Positions 1 to 10,375 of a DNA stretch of 64,000 nucleotides are shown one piece after another (the first letter of the stretch is position 1; each line of letters starts with the position of its first letter). A program made the position numbers and the translations under genes. Origin of the DNA: Craspedostauros australis (lineage: Eukaryota); the NCBI GenBank assembly GCA_030167865.1, contig JALAGF010001942.1, positions 1 through 64,000 of the forward strand, written 5' to 3'. Below the pieces are notes generated by a model that did not search any database, had not been told where the DNA came from, and worked only from the letters and a program-made list of their open reading frames with translations.

Positions 1-242
1 CCCCCCCCCCCCTTGCTGACAGTTCTCTCCGTACCATCATGCTTGTACGCACTTGCACGAGTGGGCCGGAACAGTTGCCCATAATTGGATGTACGGACCA
101 CTTACTCTTGCAACACACAAGCACCGCTGGGACATCACAGCACAACGCACACAACAAAAACAGAAACAGAACCAGAAACACGAGCACAATTACATACAAG
201 CATTATTCCATTCCACGCACCCCATCACAACTTGAGCCCTGC

Positions 243-263
243 CATCCATCCATCCATCCATCC
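243..263 (+). repeat. (CATC)n microsatellite immediately upstream of the ATG at 264
   Basis: catccatccatccatccatcc read directly. Confidence 0.85.
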
Positions 264-1808
264 ATGATCGACCGACAAACAACACAACCGACGATGTTTA
301 CGACAGTCGATCGCAAACTCCGAAACTATGACAGAGGCTCCATCCTCATGATCGTCATGGTGACACTGGGATTGCTGAGCATGCTCTCCTCCTTCTCGAT
401 CATCGTGACGACCTCCTTCGCGTCGCCGCAGCTGCTGCCAACACCGCAGGACCTGCCAGTCACGGAGCCGCAGCCCGTCAAGATCGATCCCGCTGACATG
501 GCAAAGATCGATGAAGTCCTCGCCTTGCTCAAAGACCCGCGAGGGTTGCGAGTCGACACTTCCTCGATCACGAGCGCCCTCAAGGAGATCGTGCAGTCCT
601 CCAACCTTGCGGCTCGTGTCGATGCAACCACATCCGCCACCACGACCACAACAACGACCACAACAACAACCGCGACCACGCCCAAGGCCACAGCTGCTGC
701 TGTGGCGAAAAAGGCACCCCAATTCAGCCGCAGAGCGAAGCTGGGCGGCGTCCTCCTCACCGGCAACCCGAAGATTCCTCCAATCCACGAGCGCCAATTC
801 CAGTACAACAGCACATGGGACTTCACTGAACCCTTGAAGCAAGTCGGCACGGGCGGCTGCTGCGGTCTGGGACATCGCCTGTCCCGGACGATACCGGGAT
901 TGGCGTACGCTCTGCGTCATCAACGTCGAGCAATCGTGTACTGGGGCGACACGCCATGGAGCGCATTCTTTGAGGAGACCCCGTACGTCCAGTGCGAGAG
1001 AGCACTGAGACAGCGCATCAACACAAAACCCAGACCGCAAGAGAACTTCTCCAACCAAGTTCCAAAGAATTTTGACGGCGTCGAGCGCGCCAACGAGTTT
1101 TCGACGGTCACGAGCAAAAAGGGGGACGTCTATCTTTCGTTCCAGATATCCCAGCGGATCCTCATGACGAATCTGGAATCCGGAACAGTGCTGCAGCACA
1201 TGATGGACAACCTCAAACCGATCGTCACCGACAAGCTCGTGCCTGTGCAGAAGCAGGTGCAACCGCTGCACATGTGCGCGCACTTTCGTCTGGGGAACGG
1301 CGAGACAGGCAACTGGGAAGGCAGAAAATGGCGCCACGTCAACAATAAAGATGCCATGATGGGAATGGTGTTGGAGGAGATGATCAAGTTCTCAAAGGAC
1401 AAGGCGAACAGCGAGAAGACGGAGGGCGGCGTCAGCCTTTTCGTTGCTGGTGACGATCCCAACATCCAAGGCTGGTTCCAGAACAACGTGCCAACGGGAT
1501 GGAAGGTCATCATGCCCGAGGTGGATACATCTGAGACGGCGAAGCGGTTGCCAGAATCGGGCGTTTGGTTCGGAGATTTCAAGAGTAACACGAGTGCTAT
1601 CCTCACGCCGGACGAGAAGAACGACAAGATGGCCGAAGCGATGGCGGACATGATCCTCCTGGGACAATGCGACGGCCTGTTTGCCCCGACGTACTCCTCC
1701 TTCATCGTTTTGCCCATCATGATGAGCTACGTCCGCGACGCGGCCATCTTCATCCGCAATCGCGAGGAGTTCGAACCATTCCGTGATGATCCGTTCAAGA
1801 AGCCGTAA
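264..1808 (+). CDS. Type II membrane GT-B fucosyltransferase-like protein (GT11/GT23/NodZ/GT37-like), paralog 1
   Basis: N-terminal TM (ILMIVMVTLGLLSMLSSFSIIV) and Thr-rich stem. Motifs GCCGLGHRL (cf. GLGNxL), CAHFRLGN (cf. HxRxGD), LFVAGDD (cf. FxATDD) and DMILLGQCDGLFAPTYSSF (cf. DxxLLSxCDxxxxTxxSTF). Start most likely ATG 264 or 294, not 39. Confidence 0.7.
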   Translation: MIDRQTTQPTMFTTVDRKLRNYDRGSILMIVMVTLGLLSMLSSFSIIVTTSFASPQLLPTPQDLPVTEPQPVKIDPADMAKIDEVLALLKDPRGLRVDTSSITSALKEIVQSSNLAARVDATTSATTTTTTTTTTTATTPKATAAAVAKKAPQFSRRAKLGGVLLTGNPKIPPIHERQFQYNSTWDFTEPLKQVGTGGCCGLGHRLSRTIPGLAYALRHQRRAIVYWGDTPWSAFFEETPYVQCERALRQRINTKPRPQENFSNQVPKNFDGVERANEFSTVTSKKGDVYLSFQISQRILMTNLESGTVLQHMMDNLKPIVTDKLVPVQKQVQPLHMCAHFRLGNGETGNWEGRKWRHVNNKDAMMGMVLEEMIKFSKDKANSEKTEGGVSLFVAGDDPNIQGWFQNNVPTGWKVIMPEVDTSETAKRLPESGVWFGDFKSNTSAILTPDEKNDKMAEAMADMILLGQCDGLFAPTYSSFIVLPIMMSYVRDAAIFIRNREEFEPFRDDPFKKP

Positions 1809-3553
1809 CCTGAAGAACAAGAGGGGAGGGACAAGTAGAGTATGGCAGAGTATCGCGCGAGTATTGGGAGAGGCCACAGAATCAGTTTGGATGTTCAGAT
1901 TATCATCATAATATTATTACATCACATAAAAGTAGCGACACAGACAAGATATAATACAAAATAGACAAATCACAGCATGAGTGTAACGTCTCTACCAGCA
2001 TGACATGGGTAATACCCAAGGGCTGGAAGCGCAGCTTGTAGGTCGTGGAGCACGCACTCCAGCGCAGAGAAGTTTGTCGGTCAGACTCCGTTCTGCTGAA
2101 AAAGCACAATTTCATCTCCTGTGACCGACTCCAGCAGAATCAAGCCCACTTTGCAGACGCGTTGGATCGTCTTATTTTCTTAGCTTTCGTCTCGCGTTAT
2201 TTTCGCGTGGTGGCCGTGTGTTCTCTAGATCAAGCACATACTCTAGAGGATGCTGTCGTTTGCAGCGATAATGTGGATACCAACTCTAGTTTGTTGGTAA
2301 CATACCAATAATAGCACTACTACGGCGGCATAAACGTGGTATTTTCTTTGGCTATCCGATGCCTTCATGTCAACTCGACTCATTGGATGATCCAATCGAA
2401 TCAAGATCGCCATATATGCGCTTATCTTTCAAGCAAAGATTGCTTGCTTCATTGAGAAACATGAATGTGCTAGTACTAACGTGCATAAGAAGATGTCCAT
2501 ATTTGATAGCAGGATGGCAATCGGATTCACCCAGATTCTGGCCACACACATGACCGCCGCGAATGCAGTTGCCTTCCCACACATCAGTTTCTGCCGACCA
2601 AAGGAAGCTCATTTGACAACAGTGCGGGTACATTTACTGGCACACAACGTCTGCTTCTGTCGGTTGTATGCCTCATGTGGTCTTGAAATTGAACTCCGCA
2701 CAGGAAGAACATCCATGCCTTCGTTGGCGCAAACTCTTGTGTGAGATCCTGTTTTGCGGCGGGGATGCACCGAGTGTTGGAAGTCCAAACCTGGTAAGCA
2801 CAAGCTTGAGGACAATTGACGGAGCATTACATTTTATTTGAAGCGATGTGGAATGAAAGAGAGCCTTGCACTTGCATGAAAACCAAGATTGTTGATGATC
2901 AATGTGCGGAGGCGAATCGTCGTGCAGAAGGCACGAACTATGTGCCCCAACCAGCACCACAGATAACACGGAGCTGATGGGTAACTGGGAACACGCTTTG
3001 ACCTAAGAAGGAGCAAACATAGGCAGCAAAGCTCGCAAAGAGAATGGTAGTTTCACAAGAGGAAGGAGGACGACGGAGCCGGATGCAACAATATCTGGCT
3101 CCTTTCCTCCTCTACGCAAGCAGGAGAGTATGCAAGAGGCGAAGAATGTGATTTACAACACATGACATCACTAATGTATCCATTGCAGCATTCAGAGAGT
3201 TGTTTCGATACTATTGTTGCTGGATGTGGAGCGCAGATAAGATTTGCATCCATCAGTACAAAGCAACACGGTAAAACACACAGTATTTGTCCAAAAGCAC
3301 AGGCGACAAATTACGACATTGAACGATTTGTGCAACGAGTGTTCGAGTGAGTCAGATTATTTTTGCTCCGTGTGAAATCTCCGCGTCAAGTTCAATTTTG
3401 CGTCAGGACGCAAGGTTTTTTCCTTGTGGATATAAATAAAACCATACCAACCCGCACACGTACTCGTACATGCCCGTTCGTGGCAACCTCTCCGATCAAC
3501 TCGTTGCATCTCTTCTCATAGCTCGTCCACGCACCATCTCATGTGACGGCAAT

Positions 3554-6500
3554 TCAATTTGCCCTCAACGCCGATGCGACAGAGACGTGCTGCGTGATCG
3601 GCAGGACCTTGAATTGGGAAGGATATTTGCAATGGATAGGGACATCTCTCGGTTCATCTCCATCGACCAGCAGGCGTATGGTCGGGAACTTCGTGGTTGT
3701 CCCGGCTACAGTCGGGATGCCGATCACATCCAATGTCTTGGCTTGCCCCAGCATGCCTCCGATCCTTCCTGCGATCATCCAGCACGAGTCTTGTCCGCCC
3801 GAAATAGCGAACTTGATAGCATCGGCGGACGATCTGGCAGGTTCCAAGATGCGGAACTGCATTCGGATCGGCTGTCCAACCATCGCCTCCTCTTCCGTGA
3901 TTCGGAGCTCGATGCTTGTGGGTACCAGCGGTGATTCGATGGTGCCGTGAGCTTGCCGACTGAACTTGCTGTAGATACCATGAAGGTTTAGATCAATGTT
4001 GACTGGGAACGGTTTGCCCGTTCCGTCCCGCAGATGGACGATCAGCGATGGAGTGCCCTTGTCTTCCCGCGTATCGCCATTACCGTTGGGCGAAGATGGA
4101 CCGGTGCTGTCTGCGAGAGATTGCAGGTCAGGGATGCACTGGAACGAGAAGTGCACCTGCTCGTCCAGGTGCAAAGCCAAATTCAATAAACCTGCATTCC
4201 AGTCTGTTTTGGATGATGCATCAATCTTGAGCGGGGGTGGGAGCTGCAACTTCCACGAATCGATGATGCACGGGGTCGGAAGGTTGCAACACACCCCGAT
4301 CGATACCATCGCGCGGTCTCCACGCGGAAACCATCGGGAGACGACCCTCGTGGGCGTCAAGGCAGGCTTGGAGAGGACTTCGACAATCGAGTCCGTTGCC
4401 ATCTTCAAAGGGACGCATCGTGCATCCAGCTTCTTATCGTACTTGGAATGGAAGAAATGCACGAAGGCCTTTGCTCGGAGACCTGTGACGGTATCTTCGC
4501 TACTGACAGACTGTTCGGAGGCACTTTGCTTATCCTGGTTTTCGGCCGTTTGGTTACCGGATGCCGTAGCCGGTCGTAAGTTCGCAGTGAACATTCGTTC
4601 CTGGTCAGGGTCGCACTCGGGGAGCTTGAATTCACACCGAGTATTCCACTTTTGTGCTACTGAATCATTGGTGTCATCGCCGTCAGCTTTCTTGGCCTCC
4701 TCACCATCCGCTTCAACGACGAATCCCGGTGGACATACGATCTCCAGACGTCCACCCTTGACGAAATCTGCCATGGACATGAACCGCAGTTTTAGTTTCT
4801 GCTCGTGCCCTGGTATCAAGCGGGACGGCTCTACCTGGAGAGTGTGGGTTGCGTCGCACGGCATGACGTCCACGCCCAGCAATGGCTGGCCGAGCTCCAT
4901 ATTGTCATAGTAGAAGAAGCCTTCACGCCACTTCAGCTCCGTCGTCGAGACGAGGTACTGTCCGGAACTCATCGGGAACCATTCGAATTCGAATTGGGAC
5001 GTGCCCGGGTTCAACACGATGGCGCCGTTGTCCGCGATCGGCGGCGTGTAGGACAAGATCCGGAAGGCATCTTCCTCTTCGATCGCATCATGATTCTCCG
5101 CGATCGTGGTGAAGGAGCTGAACGACACCACAAACAGCTTCAACGAATCCAACTCGATGGGTCCCGGCAGGTGGCTCTTGACGGAGACGGACAATCGGAT
5201 GCTCTCGCCGACCGTGCAGCTGGTCTTGTTCAACTTCTTGCGCTCGCCCGCCACCTCGAGGACAGCCGTATCCTCGACGCCTGCCATCTCAGTCCGCATG
5301 TCGATGAAGGCCAACTTGCCGTAACGTGCTTCCCCGACCAGCGGATCTGCCACGACCAAACCCAAGTCATCCTGCAGGTACCGCAGAAGCGGCTTCGGTG
5401 CCACCGCCAGGGACCGTGGGCTGAAGCACGTCACCAAGGTTTTGAGGTAATCCGTGGATTCCGCCGTCGTGCGTTGGCAGTACGCCAGACGGAACAACCT
5501 CCAAAAGTGAGCCCGATCCCACTGGTCCGCACGGTACTGCTTCACCATCGACTTGATGATGGCCGCCGCATGCGTCAGCTTGCCTTGCTGGATGTAGTAC
5601 TCCGCCATCTCGCCTTGCAGGCGTGAGGCAGATCGTTTGCGACCCGAGAATTTGCTGAGCGTCACGACGGCGGCCGTGAGCTCGACGAATTTCGTCTCAA
5701 AGCCATCCATCGTCTCCAGGGTATCATCCAGTGGCCCGTCGTTGGCAATTCGGTACTTGTTGGTCACGAACAGTTCCTGCTCGAAGTCTGACGACGCTGC
5801 GTTGTCCTGCGCACCAGCATCTTCACTCTTTGATGGCGCCTTCCATGTGCTCCACGTGATCGTCATATCTGCCGGGTTTTCCAATTCGATGCGCATAGGA
5901 TTGTTGTCGCCGAATTGATGGTCGCCGATCTGTCTAAGGAACATGCGTGCCATTTCCAGAAGATCCGCCAGCTGCTTGGCCACGAACTGTTCCGACTGCG
6001 AATTCTCCAGGCCAGCATTGAAGAAGAGGGAGGATGCGGGAGTGTCCACCGATATCGTGTCGGAATTCTTGTCCTTGCCGCTCGCGCTGCCCAGCGATGC
6101 CAGCAAGCAATCCGCGGAGCATTTGACGTCCCATGCGAATTTGACAACCCACTTGGCTGCTTCGAATTTTCGGACCTTGGCATCATCCTCGGACAGATCG
6201 TCGACGCCTCTCATCATGATGATGTACATGGTCTCGATGAAATCACGGCAGCGGCGGACGAGGCTGGCCGGTTGATCCATCTCGAAGAGGAGGGATATTT
6301 CCCTTGCGAAGAGGTACCGGCGCACGACATCCGCGATGGGCTCGAGATCACGTTCGGAACGGATGCGACGGCGGAACCCGAGGTAATCGCCGGAATCTGC
6401 CAAGTCGATGAGCGGTACGGGGTCTCTCGGACTGTTGTTCCCGGTCTTCCCGCTGGTCTCGTTCGCGCTGTCGCGCCGCGATCTGTGTCGCTTGCGGACT

Positions 6501-8374
6501 CTGTCTGGCCCGATATCTGGTAAGTAGATCTTGAGTTCATCGTACTGCAGCAAGGCCTCGGCAGGAAGCTGCATCTGCTCGAAGGTGAAGGCCAGGCTCT
6601 CCTTGACGAGGAAGAAGTAACACACGTTGAATTCCACCATGCTGTCCGTGTTGCTGCTGCGCCGCCTGCCTGTCTTGGGGTCCACGGTGGGACCGCGTGG
6701 CGTTGCCGCACGCTGGGCATCGAGCCGACGCAGTTCGTCCGTGTAACGACGACAACGATCCCGGAATCCGTTGACGATGACGATGCCGAGCATGCGATTG
6801 AAGCAGTTCCATTCGTGGGATCGGGCAGCGACGTCGGACGATGTGACGGAGACGTCGTTGGAGACCTCGAGCGACGATCGCGACAAGGCGCAGATCTTTC
6901 CGGTGGGGAAGTCCGTGGCAATCTTGGCGTAGATTCTGCGTTCGGATTTGGTGAGGAGGTTGAGCGCGGCCCTGCCGCTCTCCAGATCGTCGGGGTCGAT
7001 GGCGCCGAGGCCCGCCATGTCGGCGCTGCCCAGCGTGTCGGTGCTGTGCAGGGAGTCGTTGGATAGATCGTCGGAACTCGCGGATCTTGTGAAGCGTTGG
7101 CGCGCCTTCTGAAGGCGATTCGCGAGGGCGTTGCGGACTGCCCCCGTTCCGCTCGAAGGCGGCGGGGAGTTGGAGTCGCTGGCACTGATGCCACCGCTGT
7201 TGGGACCGGACGTGCTGATATGCGAATCCGTCTTGGATCCGGTCGGCACGTAGACGATGAGGTAGTGGGCGCTGTTGGCTCCCAGAGTTTCCGGGTGCGC
7301 GTTGGTCGCTGCGGATTCGATCTGGCTGACGAAGGCCTGCAGCGATGGACGCACCTTGGATCTGTAGTGATCGGAGGTGTCGATGGCAGCAATGAAGACA
7401 TGGCAGAAGGGAGCGTTGTGCCACTCGGACGGCTCCGACAGGACGGCCGCCGCCTTGCCTGCCGTGCCGCCCCACGGCACGTTGGCGTTGCCACCGCGGG
7501 CGCTCGTCTGATGGCTGCGCGTGAGGACCGACCGCACCGGCAACGTCGCGATGGTGTCGTTGCCACCGCCCCGCAGACTTTTGTAGGGCACGGATCGCAG
7601 CTTGGATCCGTAATCGCGCTCGAAGACGTGCGTCAGCTTCTCAAAGACGTTCTGGATGCCGGGCTTTTTCTCCGTCGCGATCGATGCGGCCGCGCGCGAT
7701 AGGAAGTTGGTTTTGCCGGGTCCTTTGGAGGCGGGTGCAGCCGACGGTTGATCGGGCAGCGTCGTGGGGTCGATGAAGTTGACCGTGGCGCATGCATCGA
7801 AGGCGTGCGATGGTTTGGACGACGTCGCTGCGGATGCGTCGCTCATATCCGGCGTGCCCAGCGAGTCATCGGATGCCATCGATCCTGTGGATGATGTGGC
7901 GAGCATGGGTCTGCGCCTGCTCTCCCTGCGCTCGCGGATCTGGGTGAAGCCGCTCTGCATGCTCTTGAAGAAGAGATTCTCCCTGTCGGCGTAGCGCTCG
8001 ATGGGGTCGTCCACGTTGGACGATGTGCTAGTGATGGAGTCTCTCTGCCCCATCGTTTCGCTGTGTTCTTCGGCTGCGGATGGATCAGCTGCCTCTGACG
8101 ATTCCTGGGCCGCTGCACCAGCACTGTCATCGGCATCATTCGCGTCGGACGGAGCTGCCTCCTTGTTGGTGGCGCTGCCGAGATCGACGCTGCTGTTCAG
8201 CTCGGAGCTGGCGTCAAGGTCCTGCACCACGAAGCTGTCGCTGTTGCATTCGCCTGCGGGGACGTCCGTCATGCCATCTCCATCATTGGCATTCGTGGAA
8301 GCGGACGGTGGCGGTGGAGCAGCTGCAGGTGGAGGTGCCTTCGCGCCATTCCTTGGGAGCTTGTTCTTGTCCAT
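3554..8374 (-). CDS. TRAPPC10: TRAPP II complex subunit TRAPPC10/Trs130
   Basis: 1606-aa uninterrupted ORF. Signature FNVCYFFLVKESLAFTFEQMQLPAEALLQYDEL, N-terminal PFCHVFI...YRSKVRP, helical middle (GRKRSA...LQGEMAEYY), C-terminal WMIAGR...PTVAG..FPTIRL. Confidence 0.85.
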   Translation of the reverse strand: MDKNKLPRNGAKAPPPAAAPPPPSASTNANDGDGMTDVPAGECNSDSFVVQDLDASSELNSSVDLGSATNKEAAPSDANDADDSAGAAAQESSEAADPSAAEEHSETMGQRDSITSTSSNVDDPIERYADRENLFFKSMQSGFTQIRERRESRRRPMLATSSTGSMASDDSLGTPDMSDASAATSSKPSHAFDACATVNFIDPTTLPDQPSAAPASKGPGKTNFLSRAAASIATEKKPGIQNVFEKLTHVFERDYGSKLRSVPYKSLRGGGNDTIATLPVRSVLTRSHQTSARGGNANVPWGGTAGKAAAVLSEPSEWHNAPFCHVFIAAIDTSDHYRSKVRPSLQAFVSQIESAATNAHPETLGANSAHYLIVYVPTGSKTDSHISTSGPNSGGISASDSNSPPPSSGTGAVRNALANRLQKARQRFTRSASSDDLSNDSLHSTDTLGSADMAGLGAIDPDDLESGRAALNLLTKSERRIYAKIATDFPTGKICALSRSSLEVSNDVSVTSSDVAARSHEWNCFNRMLGIVIVNGFRDRCRRYTDELRRLDAQRAATPRGPTVDPKTGRRRSSNTDSMVEFNVCYFFLVKESLAFTFEQMQLPAEALLQYDELKIYLPDIGPDRVRKRHRSRRDSANETSGKTGNNSPRDPVPLIDLADSGDYLGFRRRIRSERDLEPIADVVRRYLFAREISLLFEMDQPASLVRRCRDFIETMYIIMMRGVDDLSEDDAKVRKFEAAKWVVKFAWDVKCSADCLLASLGSASGKDKNSDTISVDTPASSLFFNAGLENSQSEQFVAKQLADLLEMARMFLRQIGDHQFGDNNPMRIELENPADMTITWSTWKAPSKSEDAGAQDNAASSDFEQELFVTNKYRIANDGPLDDTLETMDGFETKFVELTAAVVTLSKFSGRKRSASRLQGEMAEYYIQQGKLTHAAAIIKSMVKQYRADQWDRAHFWRLFRLAYCQRTTAESTDYLKTLVTCFSPRSLAVAPKPLLRYLQDDLGLVVADPLVGEARYGKLAFIDMRTEMAGVEDTAVLEVAGERKKLNKTSCTVGESIRLSVSVKSHLPGPIELDSLKLFVVSFSSFTTIAENHDAIEEEDAFRILSYTPPIADNGAIVLNPGTSQFEFEWFPMSSGQYLVSTTELKWREGFFYYDNMELGQPLLGVDVMPCDATHTLQVEPSRLIPGHEQKLKLRFMSMADFVKGGRLEIVCPPGFVVEADGEEAKKADGDDTNDSVAQKWNTRCEFKLPECDPDQERMFTANLRPATASGNQTAENQDKQSASEQSVSSEDTVTGLRAKAFVHFFHSKYDKKLDARCVPLKMATDSIVEVLSKPALTPTRVVSRWFPRGDRAMVSIGVCCNLPTPCIIDSWKLQLPPPLKIDASSKTDWNAGLLNLALHLDEQVHFSFQCIPDLQSLADSTGPSSPNGNGDTREDKGTPSLIVHLRDGTGKPFPVNIDLNLHGIYSKFSRQAHGTIESPLVPTSIELRITEEEAMVGQPIRMQFRILEPARSSADAIKFAISGGQDSCWMIAGRIGGMLGQAKTLDVIGIPTVAGTTTKFPTIRLLVDGDEPRDVPIHCKYPSQFKVLPITQHVSVASALRAN

Positions 8375-8925
8375 GTCGATTGATTAACGCGAATGAATGT
8401 GGGCTGTGATGCGTGGCTCGATGGACGCTGCAACTCTCTGGAGAGTACTGTTGTATAATCGAATATGCACTAATATGTGTGCGTTGTGGCCGGCACTGTT
8501 CGATGAAGTTGTGAATGGATGGTCAGACCATGAGGGTGTTGGTATTGAGCATGCTCCACTTTGATCTGCTTGGATCTGCTTCGATCTGACTGCGAGCATT
8601 GGTTTTTGTCCGTTGCTTTCTTGTGATGCTTCGCACTGTTGTGTCCGTTGCGCTCCTCAGCGGTTCTGGCGAAGAAATGAATGTGGTAAAATCTGCGCGA
8701 AGGATTTTGTGCACAATTCCTGTTACCTGCGAGTTTTTTTTTACACCTTGCGAGGTCTCATCTACCAAAACACCAAAAACAAGTGGGAAAATGCAAAAAG
8801 CAAGGCGACTCAATGAAACGAAGAGGAGTTGGGTAATGGAAGGATCTATTGCACATGCTCTCATGGAGCTGGAATGCGGAACGAAGGGGATGATATGTTT
8901 GTGTGATGAAAGCTGCCGCTTCTTC

Positions 8926-8951
8926 CATCATCATCATCATCATCATCATCA
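8926..8951 (+). repeat. (CAT)n microsatellite
   Basis: About 8 CAT units just downstream of the UNG stop codon. Confidence 0.85.
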
Positions 8952-8995
8952 TATAATATTAGTAGTGTTCATCATAACAATGTCCGTCATCATCA

Positions 8996-9895
8996 TCATT
9001 CCTCCTCACCACCATCTTCATCATCATCGTCGTCACCATCCACCCGCCAATCGATTGGCTCCATACCATACTCCTCCAAAGCTTTATTGGCCCGACTGAA
9101 ACACTTGCTGCCGATGAACGGCGACTTCGTCTTGGTGGCACCCAAAGGACTGGGATGCGACGTGCAGATCACCGTGCGCGGACTCGACGATCGCAGGATG
9201 GCTTCCGTCTTCTTCGTCGCCGGCTTGCCCCACAGCAGGTACACGACACCCTGCTTGTTGTTGCGATCGACGGCGCGGATGATCTCATCGGTCATGTCCT
9301 CCCAACCCTGCTTCTTGTGGCTGTGCGGCTGCGCCTTGCGCACGGTCAGCACGTTGTTGATCATGAGGACGCCCTGTTTGGCCCAGCGTTCCAAGTACCC
9401 GTGCTTGGGCAGTTCCGTGAAATTGTCGATGCCGTCGTCGTTCTTCAGCTCCTTGTAGATGTTGCGCAACGACGGCGGGATCGCGACGCCCTTGCGCACA
9501 GAGAAGCACAGGCCGTGCGCTTGGTTGGGGCCGTGGTAGGGGTCCTGACCGACGATGACCACCTTGACCTGGTCGAACGGGGTCCAATTGAGGGCGGAGA
9601 AGGTGTCTTTGACAGGAGGAAAGATGGGCGTGATGCCTTCACGCTCCTTCTTCATGAATTTGGCAAGCTGCTGGAACGAGGGTGATCGGAAGTGCTTGTC
9701 CAGCATCTCCCTCCACGGATTGTCCTTCTCGATGCCATCCACCAGCTCCTGAACCTCCGTCGTCAGCGGGATCTTGGCCTTCTTCTTGGCAGCGTTGTCA
9801 CCGCCATCGTCTGATGACGATGAACCTCTCTTGCCTTTCGCTTTCCCATTCCCGTCTTCACCTGTTGGTTTGGGTTTGAAGAACGACGTGATCAT
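8996..9895 (-). CDS. UNG: Uracil-DNA glycosylase, family 1
   Basis: KVVIVGQDPYHGPNQAHGLCFSV, PPSLRNIYKEL, WAKQGVLMIN, LLWG and HPSPL motifs. The first ATG is at 9895 (MITSFFKP); the ORF-track start at 10024 is TTG. Confidence 0.95.
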   Translation of the reverse strand: MITSFFKPKPTGEDGNGKAKGKRGSSSSDDGGDNAAKKKAKIPLTTEVQELVDGIEKDNPWREMLDKHFRSPSFQQLAKFMKKEREGITPIFPPVKDTFSALNWTPFDQVKVVIVGQDPYHGPNQAHGLCFSVRKGVAIPPSLRNIYKELKNDDGIDNFTELPKHGYLERWAKQGVLMINNVLTVRKAQPHSHKKQGWEDMTDEIIRAVDRNNKQGVVYLLWGKPATKKTEAILRSSSPRTVICTSHPSPLGATKTKSPFIGSKCFSRANKALEEYGMEPIDWRVDGDDDDDEDGGEEE

Positions 9896-10110
9896 CTTGC
9901 TTTGTTGATGGTGATATTGATGCTTCTTTCTTTTTGAATTGTTTTGATTTGAGTGCACGGAAAAGTGAAACAAGGAGGAGGAGGAGGGAACTTTCGCAAT
10001 CTGTAATGGAGGGAACTTCGTCAAGACGTGGTTTGTGTGTGTTCGTTGTTGAATCCATGTGAAATGGCATCGTTGGAGCTTCGGTTTGGTGTTGTGTTGA
10101 ATGTTGGGCG

Positions 10111-10180
10111 TTGTCGTGCGTTGTCGTGCGTTGTCGTGCGTTGTTGTTCATGTTGCGTTGTTGTTCATGTTGCGTTGTCG
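10111..10180 (+). repeat. Short tandem repeats: (TTGTCGTGCG)x3 and (TTGTTGTTCATGTTGCG)x2
   Basis: Read directly; lies upstream of UNG. Confidence 0.75.
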
Positions 10181-10375
10181 CCATTTTCGTTGTTGGCGAT
10201 CGCTGGCCGGATGCAAGTTTCTGCGCGTTTCGAATCTGAGCTGTCAAAGTACTTTGTTAGTGTTTATCCTATTTTGGCGCCAAACGAAACCAGAGAGTCT
10301 ATCGAAACAGAATGTACCTACTCGAACAGAGCGGAGCAGAGCAATCGCAGCGCAATGGAAGAATCAAACCCGACC

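Noticed and set aside
1..12. Poly-C run at the window start
   Set aside because: Homopolymer at the edge with no interpretable context
1900..3450. Short ORFs that might be a transposon remnant
   Set aside because: No RT, integrase or transposase motifs, and no LTRs or TIRs recognised
8599..9099. His-rich ORF
   Set aside because: The poly-His comes from the CAT microsatellite and the antisense of the UNG acidic tail
10111..10180. Direct repeats considered as CRISPR-like
   Set aside because: Contiguous short units without spacers, eukaryotic context, no cas genes
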